Under the pieces are notes generated by a model. It was given only the letters and a program-made list of their open reading frames with translations, was not told the DNA's origin and ran no database searches. Position numbers and translations under genes: made by a program. Of a stretch of 64,000 nt of DNA, positions 52,601-63,666 are shown piece after piece; positions within the stretch are counted from its first letter, which is position 1, and each line of letters begins with the position of its first letter. The stretch is from Eledone cirrhosa (lineage: Eukaryota): positions 72,602,001-72,666,000 of the forward strand of contig OZ024747.1 of assembly GCA_964016885.1 (NCBI GenBank), in the 5' to 3' direction.

Positions 52601-53817
52601 TGTCGTACAATTGTCATGGCGTCCTGAGTCCTTTCATGCATATATCGAGGGCTTCCCGTGAAGGTAGAGGGCAGAATGCATACTTTTCCAAGACTCTCAG
52701 GATCCGCATCATTGTTCATTCCATCCCGAAGGTGTATGTAGCTGTCACAACGCAACTTTTTTTTATTGAGTTTGATAAAACACAATCTCTCTGATTCCAT
52801 TTTTGCACACATGTCAGTTGCATACTGGTTGAAAAGGTCTTGAGAGCGGTGGAGGTGATTAAAACAGTCATCTCGGATCATGAATCGAAATGCATAGAAG
52901 TCCTTGCATGAAACTGTTTTGGTAGAATGAACCTCTGAATTGGTAGAGTTACATTGTGGAATGCCAAAATGGTATCCATCCTCTCCATATACAAAAAGCA
53001 GTGGGTATTGGAGTGCGTCGTATGATCTGTGTGTTTCACTGATCCGTTGAAGTCCGTGGTCGCGATGCTTGATAACAATGTCACGTTTGTTGTGCTGATC
53101 ACCAGCGAGAAGTATCGCAACCTCATTCAAAGAAGGTGAATTATAGCGGCCTGCATGTTCTCCAGATGGCCGCTTGTCAGCATCAATGACAACATAGTAA
53201 TTATCAACAGGAGCTGTTTCTAATGCATATTTAAAGCTCTGAACATAGCTGTTGTGACTATGAAGCATGTCTTGAAGTTCAAAAAGGAGCTCCTGTCTAG
53301 TGTCATAGGCAATTGAATATTTCCTTGTTGCTTGTGGACAGTCAGTTAAGTTATTTGTTTTTTCTTTTGGGAAGGCAAATGTATTTCGCCTTGTAGCTTG
53401 TTGAAGGCAGTTGGACATGAAGTAGACCTGGAGAAATCGGGGCTCTTTATTATCTACAGGCTCCAGTGATCCGATAAGATGATAAACCTGACCTTGAACT
53501 TTGAAAGTGGGCATAAATCCACCTTCATATTCATAACTCGATCCAAAAGATGTCATTTGGAAGGCACAATTATAATGTCGAATATCTAGAAGGAAAGCTC
53601 TGGAGAGTGAATGGGTGCCTGTAAGAAGAAGCCTCAATGGCTGTGGTGGATCTCTAGGAGGGTGCAAGTTGACCTTACCATTAGAGCAGCACATTCCGGC
53701 TGGTTCGCCCGGCCACTTTTTAGCTTTGCAAAACTGGCAAATTCCAGACATGTCACCAATTTGAATATGAAGGTGTGTAGCATAATTATTAGCGGGGACA
53801 TAATTGAAAGCCTTCAA
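49618..53817 (-). CDS. Helitron RepHel protein (HUH Rep endonuclease + PIF1-family helicase), main part
   Basis: Zn finger CQFC..MCCSNG. Rep motifs PDLFITFTCNPNW, EWQKRGLPHAHIL, KYICKYVNKG. Helicase motifs LDAPGGTGKT, IVWDECTM, LSGDFRQTLPV, FAMSINKSQGQT, HGQFYVGCSRV. No internal stops over 1399 aa. Confidence 0.97.
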   Translation of the reverse strand: MKAFNYVPANNYATHLHIQIGDMSGICQFCKAKKWPGEPAGMCCSNGKVNLHPPRDPPQPLRLLLTGTHSLSRAFLLDIRHYNCAFQMTSFGSSYEYEGGFMPTFKVQGQVYHLIGSLEPVDNKEPRFLQVYFMSNCLQQATRRNTFAFPKEKTNNLTDCPQATRKYSIAYDTRQELLFELQDMLHSHNSYVQSFKYALETAPVDNYYVVIDADKRPSGEHAGRYNSPSLNEVAILLAGDQHNKRDIVIKHRDHGLQRISETHRSYDALQYPLLFVYGEDGYHFGIPQCNSTNSEVHSTKTVSCKDFYAFRFMIRDDCFNHLHRSQDLFNQYATDMCAKMESERLCFIKLNKKKLRCDSYIHLRDGMNNDADPESLGKVCILPSTFTGSPRYMHERTQDAMTIVRHYGSPDLFITFTCNPNWKEIEDELLPGQNTTRRHDLAARVFRLKLLKLMDLMKLGEVFGPVQCDMYTIEWQKRGLPHAHILIWLTTKVSSNDIDRIISAELPDPSTDKDLDMKVRAHMVHGPCGPGFRTDLPCVTGNKRCTKKFPRQFIRDTQTGNDGYPLYRRRRPEDGGFTARVKNGEVDNRWIIPYCPLLLSTFNAHINVEFCSSVKCIKYICKYVNKGSDAASFGILNENNRDEVTQFQVGRYISSSEAFWRIFGFPIHDRHPSIVKLDVHLEHGQRVYYTNENATELAQTPRETTLTGFFKLCKYDEFAKSLLYPQVPSYYTWNKKTWCRRKTGQPVIGVPGIKFTNCLGRVYTIPPNQHSCFYLRMLLHEVKGPTSFQDLRTFSNRVWSTYRDACLARGMLEDDSRWDATLVEIASSHSAGSLREVFAKLLHLCNICDPYTLWLKFRNQLSKDFLHQAQLLLPDIEIDFSDDLYNKGLIDIEDRIFLMGGNALPAYGLPQTHRTDSNKIPILIIQETSYDVDALARYVFEMESKLLPDQQLAYNTITDYVFHRSGGIFFLDAPGGTGKTFVTKLILAKVRQNEVIAIAVASSGIAATLLPGGRTAHSTFKLPLNLVSAETPLCDITKDSPRAELLRRCQLIVWDECTMAHKGAIEALDRTLKDIRDCQETMGGVTLLLSGDFRQTLPVIPKGTRADQVRACLKSSPLWQQVTTLRLTTNMRIQLHGDTVSEKFAEDLLILGDGKVPSDVHRDIALDNICCLVNTVEDLKAAVFPSLVDNYRNHAWLCERAILAPTNITVSAINRQMLESLPGNDMTFKSIDTNVDPHDAVSYPIEFLNSLDIPGLPQHILSLKEGCPVILLRNITPPKLCNGTRLVVNRISQHIIYATIMSGCGRGEDVLIPMVTLTTSGVDAPYSFKRTQFPLRAAFAMSINKSQGQTLSVAGLHLEEPCFSHGQFYVGCSRVGSRNNLFAFAPNGKTKNIVYREVL

Positions 53818-54416
53818 TGACCACCGTGATTTCGCAGCCCTCGAAATACCCCGCTTATTGGCTTTAAACTGAACCCCCCCCCCCCCCCCCCCCCCCGTCG
53901 AATAGTTCGGTTACCTGCTGTCTCCGCTTCTCGCGCAGCTGCAGTAGCAGCCGCATCTCTGCCCTGACGAAGTATACGTTCAATAGCATTCTCTGCAGCT
54001 CGAACAGTTGCAGTAACAGCCGCATCTCTGCTTTGACGGAGTTTACGTTGAACATCATTCTCTGCAGCTCGCGTAGCTGCTTTTGCCGTTGCATTTCTTG
54101 CAAGCTGAGTTTGACGTTCCACGTGTTTCACTGCAGCACATAAGGATGCAGTTGAAGAAGCATTTCTGGTGCGTCGGAATAAACATTCGTCATAATTCTC
54201 AGTTGCCTGTGAAGGTGCAATGGAAGCAGCATTTCTGTCCTGTTGACTCAAGCAACGCTCATCGATAGACAGAGCTGTTGTATTCACTGAACACCCCGCT
54301 ATTTCAGGCTGTCTAATGCTCGACGACACCTCAGTCAGCCTCCTTCTTTTTGTTATCTGAGACCGCGTCAGTCGTAATAAGGGTGTCCTTTTTTTAGGCA
54401 TCAGGGTGGTGGGCAC
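53814..54416 (-). CDS. N-terminal segment of RepHel (basic, RAAE-repeat region), out of frame with the main ORF at a homopolymer
   Basis: MPKKRT.. start and repeated R..Q.RDA.ATA..RAAE units typical of RepHel N-termini. One extra base in the C23 run (53874-53896) fuses it to the main ORF. Confidence 0.75.
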   Translation of the reverse strand: MPTTLMPKKRTPLLRLTRSQITKRRRLTEVSSSIRQPEIAGCSVNTTALSIDERCLSQQDRNAASIAPSQATENYDECLFRRTRNASSTASLCAAVKHVERQTQLARNATAKAATRAAENDVQRKLRQSRDAAVTATVRAAENAIERILRQGRDAAATAAAREAETAGNRTIRRGGGGGGGFSLKPISGVFRGLRNHGGH

Positions 54417-54797
54417 GATTGAAACCTAAAACAAACAATCCCTCCATTTCGTCAAGATAAAATGAAATTAAAGTAAATTCAGCCTTATAAGACCGTAAAA
54501 TTAATTTAAGTAGAAGGCCTAACCGCCAACGCCATAGTGAAATCAACCAACTTATACTGAAAATAATCCAAACGTTTAATAGGGAAAGTTTGCTAACCGT
54601 CGTAATAAAAAAATAAATATCAATAACTTACGAAGTAATGAACTCGCCGAACTTTTAAAGCGTTGTAGCATACAAAGGCAGTACAGTGCAAATGAAGCTA
54701 TTAAACAAACTGGAGATTCCAATTCACTCTACTAAAGATTTACTTAATCGTCTGCACATTCGCTAATCGTCTGCTCATTCCATAAAAGGGAAATAAT

Positions 54798-55432
54798 CGC
54801 CTATATCACCTCTCTGCATGACTGTCTGTCTGCACGCCTATATCACCTCTCTGCATGACTGTCTGTCTGCACGCCTATATCACCTCTCTGCACGACTATC
54901 TGTCTGCACGCGTATATCACCTCTCTGCACGACTGTCTGTCTGCACGACTGTCTGTCTGCACGACTGTCTGTCTGCACGCCTAACGACGAAATATTTGCT
55001 TGTTTTACGTAGTCTTTAAATAGACTTGTTTTCAAGTAAAAATATTGTTTTAAAATGCTTTTAAATGGAAATGAAGCGTGTTTTTGATTAATATTCCCTC
55101 AACCAACAATATGCCTTATGAAGTTAAGAAAACATAACGATAACCCGAATGTTATAACAAAAGAGGATGCTGGGGATAGAAACTGCACTGGTTATTTATT
55201 AACAAAGATCGAAAATGTAAACATTGCAACGCAGAGAAAAATATTAGCGTAACCAAATTATCAGTTATGTCTGTCTGCACGCCTATATCACCTCTCTGCA
55301 CGACTGTCTGTCTGCACGCCTATATCACCTCTCTGCACGACTGTCTGTATGCACGCCTATATCACCTCTCTGCACGACTGTCTGTCTGCACGCCTATATC
55401 ACCTCTCTGCACGACTGTCTGTTTGCACGCCT
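54798..55432. repeat. 37-bp subterminal minisatellite of the Helitron, in two blocks split by a captured segment
   Basis: Unit cgcctatatcacctctctgcacgactgtctgtctgca; blocks at 54798-54982 and 55268-55432. Confidence 0.9.
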
Positions 55433-56178
55433 AACGACGAAATATTTGCTTGTTTTACGTAGTCTTTAAATAGACTTGTTTTCAAGTAAAAATATTGTTT
55501 TAAAATGCTTTTAAATGGAAATGAAGCAAAACGGAAGCTTAGTGTTCGAACTGATGAATTTTGCAGGTCAATATTTTGCTGGCTCGACAACTGTTCGTGT
55601 ATTGTAATTTTTTACGTAAGACGCTCAATGTAAACAGAACAAAGGGAAATAACTGATCACTTACGCTCAAAAATCGATACATTATATTCGATTTCGTCAC
55701 ATAGGGCGGGTCAATTTGAAATTTTTTTTTTCCGATGTCTTCGCTAGGGCTCAATGTACAAGTATAGCAATTTCGGTGCAATTCCGTGAGAGATTCTAAG
55801 AGGAGATGTGTGCCGAAAATCGATAGACAGACAGACAACCACAGTTTTATATATATAGATTGTGTATGGTTGACGATATATTTAATCGATTCCACATGCT
55901 TTAGAAATGCTGGGTAAATATTCTATACCTGTTGATCGCGGATAGATAGCTGTCGTTTATTTATCTATTATTTCTTCATAGGTGCCTTTTAATCTTATAG
56001 CCTTGGTTAATTGGTTTTTGTGTGGTTGATTATGTTGATTGGGAGAGCAGATGATATATATATTTTATCAAATGATTCTATGGACATACTTTATTTGTAT
56101 ATATATTTGTATATATATATATAAAATAAAATAAAGTAAAATAAAAAGTCAAATGTTTAAAATTTAGCTTCGTTTATT

Positions 56179-56233
56179 ACTGCTATATATATTTCGGTGA
56201 CAACCATCTTTGGCTGTGACCTCTTCAGGCAGT
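56179..56233 (-). ncRNA. Minimal type I hammerhead ribozyme
   Basis: Minus strand: actgc-CTGAAGA-ggtcacagcca aaga tggttgtcacc-GAAA-tatata-TA-gcagt. Intact core, perfect stem I, 11-position stem II with one mismatch. Confidence 0.88.
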
Positions 56234-56366
56234 CCGAATTAGTGTGGCATAGACAGTACATATGTTGTTGAAGTGTATAATTTTGTCAATAGTCTGATAT
56301 GCCCAGTTCCTGGTTGGGTTGTTATTTCACTGAGGAACTGGAATCATATACAACCAACATATACTC

Positions 56367-56504
<138 letters not shown>

Positions 56505-56513
56505 AGTAGAAGT

Positions 56514-56935
56514 CACTTTTGAGCTGACTTTTGGGAGGCTCCCATACAGCTCTGAGTTTTTCATCCTCAGTATATACTGATTAATGTTCAGAGCCATCCT
56601 CAGCATTCTCGTGTAGCACCCATCCACCATCTGAGTGAGTTTCTTGGTCAGTGTCCAAGTCTCAGACCCGTACAGCAGCACAGACTCCACTACAGGAGAC
56701 TGAGGTTAGCTGGACATGCTCACCGACATCCAGAGTTGACATTGCACTCAGTGCTCCTGTGGGAGCCCCTACATGGACACACTGGAAGAGGAAGACCAAG
56801 GTTAACGTATGTTGATGCCCTAATGACAGACACTGGTCTGTTGGAGACGCAGGACATGGCAGCAATAATGAGGGACAGAGACCGCTGGAGAGAACTCGTC
56901 CATGGATCTCGGGAATTTTACCCGCCCTAGATAGA
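56514..56935 (+). mobile_element. Short RTE-clade LINE copy with a 5' inversion and an 11-bp TSD
   Basis: Minus part ESVLLYGSETWTLT..YTRMLRMALNI..LPKVSSKV (56514-56690). Plus part RRLRLAGHAHRH..GRGRPRLTY..DRDRWR (56694-56930). TSD taagtagaagt at 56503-56513 and 56936-56946. Confidence 0.88.
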
Positions 56936-57073
56936 TAAGTAGAAGTTGTATTTAATTTGTTGGAAGTCCGACAAACATAAATGTTTATAACTGATTTAGA
57001 GCACTCAACAAATTAATGGAGTAAATATTCAATGATATTAAATATATGGAAACTATATTTATAAAACCATATT

Positions 57074-57138
57074 TATTTTATTATATATATTTCAAGGGCA
57101 ACCATGATAACATTGGTACGCTTTCATCAGATAAAATA
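57074..57138 (-). ncRNA. Minimal type I hammerhead ribozyme (inverted copy)
   Basis: Minus strand: tattttat-CTGATGA-aagcgtaccaatgttatcatggttgccctt-GAAA-tatata-TA-ataaaata. Confidence 0.82.
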
Positions 57139-57183
57139 CAAAGTTTGTTTTATAAACAGTCTCTATTTATAAAACAAACTTTG

Positions 57184-57248
57184 TATTTTATCTGATGAAA
57201 GCGTACCAATGTTGTCTTGGTTGCCCTTGAAATATATATAATAAAATA
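57184..57248 (+). ncRNA. Minimal type I hammerhead ribozyme
   Basis: tattttat-CTGATGA-aagcgtaccaatgttgtcttggttgccctt-GAAA-tatata-TA-ataaaata. 8-bp stem I; predicted cleavage after 57240. Confidence 0.85.
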
Positions 57249-57424
57249 AATATGCTTTTATAAATATAGTTTCCGTTTATTAATATCATTGTGTATATAT
57301 ATATATATATATATGAAAAGTATAGAAATTATTGTAGCCATAATATATAAGTGACTATAGCGTCAAAATGGAAAAATAGTTAACGTAAATATATATATAT
57401 ATAAATATAATTGGTATCTTCATT

Positions 57425-58792
57425 TTGAACTCTTTGAGTCGGAAAATTCCTCAACTTCGCGGTGGAATTTATCGTGACGATGGACTCTTTACTATCCTAA
57501 ATTGCAATATAGTTAAACTTAATATTATTAAGAACAATATACGTAATCTCTTTAACCAACATAACCTAAAAATTGAATTTGATAATAGTATCAAACTAGC
57601 TAATTTCTTGGATGTATCTCTTAATCTTGACACTGGCCTATATTACCCTTACCATAAAAACAATGAGAACCTTAATTATGTTAACTTTAAATCTAACCAT
57701 CCTACCAATATCAAAAATGCTATAGTTAATAATATTGGAAATAGAATATCTAACATATCTTCTAATAAAAACATCTTTGATGCTAACGCCAATTACTATA
57801 ATAACGCACTTTCTAAAGCCGGCTATCCAGATAAAATCAAATATAATAAAGAAACAAATTCTAGAAAAACTTACAGTAGAATAATTAATCATGACCATTC
57901 CAATAATTTTAATAAAAGACCTAGATACAAAAACATAATCTGGTATAATGCTCCTTTCTCCATCTCTATTAATAACAATATTCCTAAATTATTTTTTAGT
58001 GCCTTAAATAAATGCTTCCCTCCCTCACATATCTATAACAAACACACCATCAAATTTTCGTATTCTACATCCTCCAATATTTCCAACATCATCTCTAAAC
58101 ACAACAACAAAATATTAAATACTAAATCTCTTCCTTCCAATATTGAATTTCATAATAACAGTAATAGTACTCCCGACGTCATTGTAAACCCTAGGCTAAC
58201 TTCTGTAAACCCAAATACAACGTCAAACACAACTTCGCTAAATGTTCATAATCCAACTCTAAATCAAGAAACTATTATTCCTATTATTCCTATCGCAAAC
58301 AACTTCTACAATCCAATTCCTTCTATAGATAACACTAGATCACTCATTAATAATCTCTCTAATTGCAACTGCCGCATTAAAAATTAATGTCCTCTCAACA
58401 ACCATTGCCTCGATAAAAACTTAATTTATGAATGTAAAATTATAACTAGCACCAATTCCTTCACCTATTTTGGCTCCACTTCCACCTCTTTTAAAGCTCG
58501 TCTCTATAATCATCATTCATCTTTCAAATACAAACTTAAAAGAACTAACACTGCTCTCTCAGAACTCATATGGTCCTTAAAAGACAAAAACATTAAATAT
58601 ACCATCTTTTGGAAGAAGATTTCTTCTGCATCCTCATACTTGAACAGCTCTCTATCTAAAATCTGTAATCTCTGCCTAAATGAAAAATTTACCATTATCT
58701 CTAACCTAGATTCTATAATAAATAGACGCTCAGATTTGTTTTCTATCTGCCTGCATAAATTCCATAGAACTTTTCACAAAGTATACAGTTAA
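57425..58792 (+). pseudogene. 5'-truncated Penelope-like element ORF: RT C-terminus + C-terminal GIY-YIG endonuclease, one in-frame stop
   Basis: YRDDG, NFLDVSL, YVNFKSNHP, IIWYNAPFS. After the TAA at 58385-58387 the frame continues CPLNNHCL..LIYECKI..TYFGST..FKARLYNH..TALSELIW..CNLCLNEK..CLH. Clade (Nematis-like) is tentative. Confidence 0.9.
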
Positions 58793-59808
58793 TATTCAAT
58801 TCTTTATCAATTTAGAATCTTTTCTCAAAGGCACATATACATACACCTCTTTAAAATATACCCATCTACCTTACTTTAAAGGGCATTATACACTCTATAA
58901 TACTCGTTTACTCATTACCCTCATTCTATCTTCTCGTAAAATCATAACATTTGTTTTTGACATTTTGAATATTCTTCCGCAATCATTATTATTTTTTCTC
59001 TCTATCATAAATCTTTTTAATCTCAATTTCATCCTTAATTTATTATTATTATTATTTATTTATTATTTTTTTCTCCCCATCAACGAACTCATTATTAATA
59101 CATATTAACTCTTTATTCGCACATATTATCAATTCAATATACAAACTTTAACTTCACATTATTTTTCTCAAATCCTTCTACACACAAACCTTAACAATTT
59201 TTCTCTTCGCTAATTTTGAAATTGCCACAATACATACATTTCTTCTTTTGACGTTAGAATATTCACCCACAATTATTATTTTTTTCTCTCTATCTTCATA
59301 CATAATTTCCCTTCGTTAATTTTCAAATTCCTTTAATTTATACATTATCTTCCAACGGTTCCCAACCTCTCTATATTAAAACAATATATCTTTTTCTCAG
59401 TTATAAAAACTATCTCTTTCTCCCTATCATCCATCTCTCCCTCTCCACCTTCACTCTCATCTCCTCCCCCTTTTTTTCATTCTTTCCCCCCCCCCTAAAT
59501 AAAATATTTTTTCCTCGCACATATCCTCCCTTCGTTAATTTTCAAAATGTTTAATTTATACAGTATCTTCCAACGGTTTTCAACCTCTCTATGTAAAAAA
59601 TATATTTCCTCTCAGTTATAAAAACTATCTCTTTCTCTCTATCACCCATCTCTCCCTCTCATCTCCTTCCCTTTTCATCCTCCCCCCCCCCTCTCTAAAT
59701 AAAATATTTTTTTCCCAATATCACACATCAATCTAAAACCACTTTTCATATGTTGATTTAAAACTGCACTATCCACAAGTGTTTTTTAGCCTTCATATCA
59801 TGTTCTCC

Positions 59809-59879
59809 TGTTTTATCTGATGAAAACACAAATATTATTGCTTGATGATGTTTGTTTTTGAAATGCGCATAATAAAATA
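59809..59879 (+). ncRNA. Minimal type I hammerhead ribozyme at the Penelope 3' end
   Basis: tgttttat-CTGATGA-aaacacaaatatta..tgatgtttgttttt-GAAA-tgcgca-TA-ataaaata. Palindromic stem III; predicted cleavage after 59871. Confidence 0.87.
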
Positions 59880-60120
59880 TATGGAACTCCTTTAACCATC
59901 TTTTGATCTTATATTATATATAAATATATATATATATATGTATATTTGTGAGAACGTGTGTAATTGATAGCTTCCTTTGTCTCTCTCTCTCTTTCTCACC
60001 GGAAGCAAGACCGGCTCTATGGATTTAGACGACCGGAAGGGGATTATCTTCATTAACATCGAACATTTTCCACCATAAGTATGCATAAAAAAAAAAAATC
60101 ATGACTATATGTATGTGTAC

Positions 60121-60143
60121 ATATATATATATATAGAGAGAGA

Positions 60144-60207
<64 letters not shown>

Positions 60208-60210
60208 TAC

Positions 60211-60241
<31 letters not shown>
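60121..60241. repeat. (TA)(GA)n(TG)n compound microsatellite
   Basis: Direct reading. Confidence 0.93.
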
Positions 60242-60243
<2 letters not shown>

Positions 60244-60565
60244 CATATACAGTATGTAGACACCTACGCACACAGACATCAATATAGTCACATAGATAGC
60301 AATACACATTTCATGTCTCTCATTAAAGCAATAAAACAAGACTCTATCCCGCACCCATATCCCACCTCCCCACAGTCTCTATGGATAGTCTGTAGTCTTT
60401 GTCCAATTTGGACAGCTCCACAGATCAATACATGACTTGTACTGTAGAATTACGTTAGATGTTTATCAATAGGTTGTATTTTAGTCTATTACACCTTTTA
60501 CAGGTGCTATACCTGTTGTTGTTGTCAGGGTTGTTATTACGATTCTTAGTACTTTTTTTATTATT

Positions 60566-61405
60566 GTGGTGGTGGTGATGGAAGTGGTGGTGGTAGTGGT
60601 GGTGGTGATGGTGGTGGTAGTGGTGGTGGTAGTGGTGGTAGTGGTGGTGGTAGTGGTGGTGGTGATGGAAGTGGTGGTGGTAGTGGTGGTGGTAGTGGTG
60701 GTAATAGTGGTGGAAATGGAGGTGGTAGTGGTGGTGGTAGTGGTGGTGGTGGTGGCAGTGGTGGTGGTAGTGGTGGTGGTGTTGGTGGTGGTGGTAGTGG
60801 TGGTGGTGGTGGTAGTGGTGGTGTTGGTGATGGTGGTAGTGGTGGTATTGATGGTGGTTGTAGTGGTGGTGGTAGTGGTGGTAATGGTGGTGGTAGTGGT
60901 GGTGGTAGTGGTGGTGGTAGTGGTGGTATTGGTGGTGGTGTTGGTGGTGGTGGTAGTGGTGGTGGTGGTGGTGGTATTGGTGGTGGTGGTGGTAGTGGTG
61001 GTGTTGATGGTGGTGGTAGTGGTGGTGATGATGATAGTGGTGGTGGTAGTGGTGGTGTTGATGGTGGTGGTAGTGGTGGTGGTGGTAGTGGTGGTGGTAG
61101 TGGTGGTGTTGATGGTGGTGGTAGTGGTGGTAGTGGTGGTGTTGGTGGTGGTGTTGGTGGTGGTGGTAGTGGTGGTGTTGGTGGTGGTGTCAGTGGTGGT
61201 GATGGTAGTGGTGGTGGTAGTGGTGGTGTTGATGGTGGTGGTAGTGGTGGTGATGGTAGTGGTGGTGGTAGTGGTGGTGTTGATGGTGGTGGTAGTGGTG
61301 GTGGTAGTGGTGGTGTTGGTGGTGGTGTTGGTGGTGGTGGTAGTGGTGGTGGTAGTGGTGGTGTTGATGGTGGTGGTAGTGGTGGTGTTGGTGGTGGTGG
61401 TATTG
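60566..61405. repeat. Degenerate (GTG)n trinucleotide tract, about 840 bp
   Basis: Direct reading; the poly-Val ORF is an artefact. Confidence 0.95.
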
Positions 61406-61559
61406 TTGTTATTGTTGTTTGTGTTGTTGTTGATAGTATTGCTCTCGGAGAGTCTCTAGGTGTCTACGAAATCAAACTAACCTCTCTGTTCTGGTGGACT
61501 TTCGAGCCGGGAACTATGGATTACTCATACACTTACACACACACATTCTTATACGTATG

Positions 61560-61628
<69 letters not shown>

Positions 61629-62104
61629 TTGGAAGAAAGATTTAGCTGTGTGGTTACTTGATAAAGTGTATTTAAAAATAAAAGGGAAGTACAAGCGGGA
61701 GACAATCCCTTCTTCAGTTGTCTGCTGGAGGTCACCGACATTTCAACGCATTAAAGACAATATGTCTAACTCCAGTGCGTCAATAAGTTGTGGACGTTAT
61801 TGGGGGAAAGGAGAGAGAGAAACAATTAAACAGAAGGGGGAAAACGCAGAGAACATACCGAAAAAGAGAAGCACATGTAGATATATGTAACTGGAAGAGC
61901 GAGAGAGAAAGAGATATAGAGAGAGGGAGGGGGGTCACAAACAGCTACTGAACATAAGTCCGAGGCTTTTGTTGACGGTGAATTAGGGAGGGCCAAGAAA
62001 AACAAGTCTGACCGCGGCAAGAGTGGGCGAAAAGAGGCAGAGAAGAGAGAAAACGGAAGTAGTAGGGGAGCAGAGAGAAGGAAAGTAAAAGTGAGAGGAA
62101 GAGG

Positions 62105-62253
62105 GGGAGTGTCACGACAAAAAGCACCCAGCTCACACTGTAAAGAAGTGGTCGTGTAGGTGTCACGACAAAAAAGCACCCAGTACTCACTGTAAATGAG
62201 GTTGGCGTTAGGAAGGGCACCCAGCTGTAGAAACCAAGCCAAAATCAGTTGGT

Positions 62254-62255
<2 letters not shown>
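62105..62255 (+). mobile_element. SINE/RTE-associated repeat fragment with an internal duplication
   Basis: gtgtcacgacaaaaagcacccag..cactgtaa occurs twice, then ggttggcgttaggaagggcacccagctgtagaaacc, a motif I recall from cephalopod SINEs (not checked against a database). Confidence 0.5.
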
Positions 62256-62699
<444 letters not shown>

Positions 62700-62801
62700 A
62701 AACTGGAACGGGAACAAAAACAGAGGGGCAGTACAAACAAAGGTTTATTAGTTTCACGCTCTTGAGAGTGTGGGGGGGGGGGGCGACGTTCGGGCATACT
62801 C

Positions 62802-62851
<50 letters not shown>

Positions 62852-63626
62852 TATGTACGAATACGTATATATGTGTGTGTTTTTATATACATGTAGAAAT
62901 ACACACAGAAACAACTCCCTATTCCTCACCTCCTCTCTGTCTCACCCCCCTCTCTATCACACATACTTTATCTCTTCACTCACCACCGCCAATACCTCCA
63001 TCATACACACACACACACTCTCTCTCTTTCTCTCACTAGCCATGTACAATACATTTCATTAGTCCATTCCAAAGCTACTTGCATCAGTGCACAGATCGAT
63101 CGTCTTTCTCACCAAACATCACTCCAGATGTACACACACACAGACACAGGCACACACACGCGCGCGCGTATACTCCCCACCCCCACACTTATATTCATAT
63201 ACATGTAGTAAAATACCGATAATTTTTTTTTTCCTAAAAGCCTGTACAATACCTGTGGAAAATACGAAGGACAAATGATGACATGAAAAGAAACAAAAGA
63301 AAGTAATGTTTTACCCAGTATATTTTAGCCTCTATGGAATTGAAAAAATAAAAGCTTCTTCTAAACCTTATTATAAATACTCTGTCGGATACCATTTAGG
63401 GAACCATGACGTGGAGTGCTTAAGTTGGAACACATAGATTGTTGACCTAAAAATTATTTTTGAAAAGCATTAGAAATGCGCAACCGGTAAAAACTTAAAA
63501 CCAAAACTGAATACTAACCAATACCATTACTAATTAAACTATTTTTCACTGGGAACAATTTGTCAGCATTTTCTTTTCCTTTTACCAATATATCATAACT
63601 CGTGTGTTACACCTCTATTCTTTTAA

Positions 63627-63666
<40 letters not shown>

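Larger units (their letters stand above)
48333..55859 (-). mobile_element. Full-length autonomous Helitron, 7527 bp
   Basis: 5' A|TCTATATATATAAA at 55859. 3' hairpin cccgagcaacgccggg then CTAG|T at 48333. Inserted between A and T with no TSD. Encodes RepHel. Confidence 0.93.
57030..57291. repeat. ~260-bp palindrome (9-nt spacer at 57157-57165) carrying two divergent hammerheads
   Basis: Arms are near-perfect reverse complements from caatgatattaa to ttaatatcattg. Confidence 0.92.
57425..59890 (+). mobile_element. Penelope-like retroelement (ORF, ~1 kb pyrimidine-rich 3' region, terminal hammerhead)
   Basis: RT/GIY-YIG ORF followed by a 3' region containing a ~220-bp tandem duplication (59308-59515 / 59528-59715) and a hammerhead, then (TA)-rich sequence. 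Confidence 0.8.

Noticed and set aside
58385-58387. Recoded stop (selenocysteine) in the Penelope ORF
   Set aside because: The codon is TAA, not TGA, and the element has a C-terminal endonuclease, unlike selenoprotein-encoding Naiad elements. A simple nonsense mutation is more likely.
62740-62790. Hammerhead-like 3' half on the minus strand (acactct ca agagcgt GAAA ctaa TA)
   Set aside because: The CUGANGA box is replaced by a C run and no stem I is evident.
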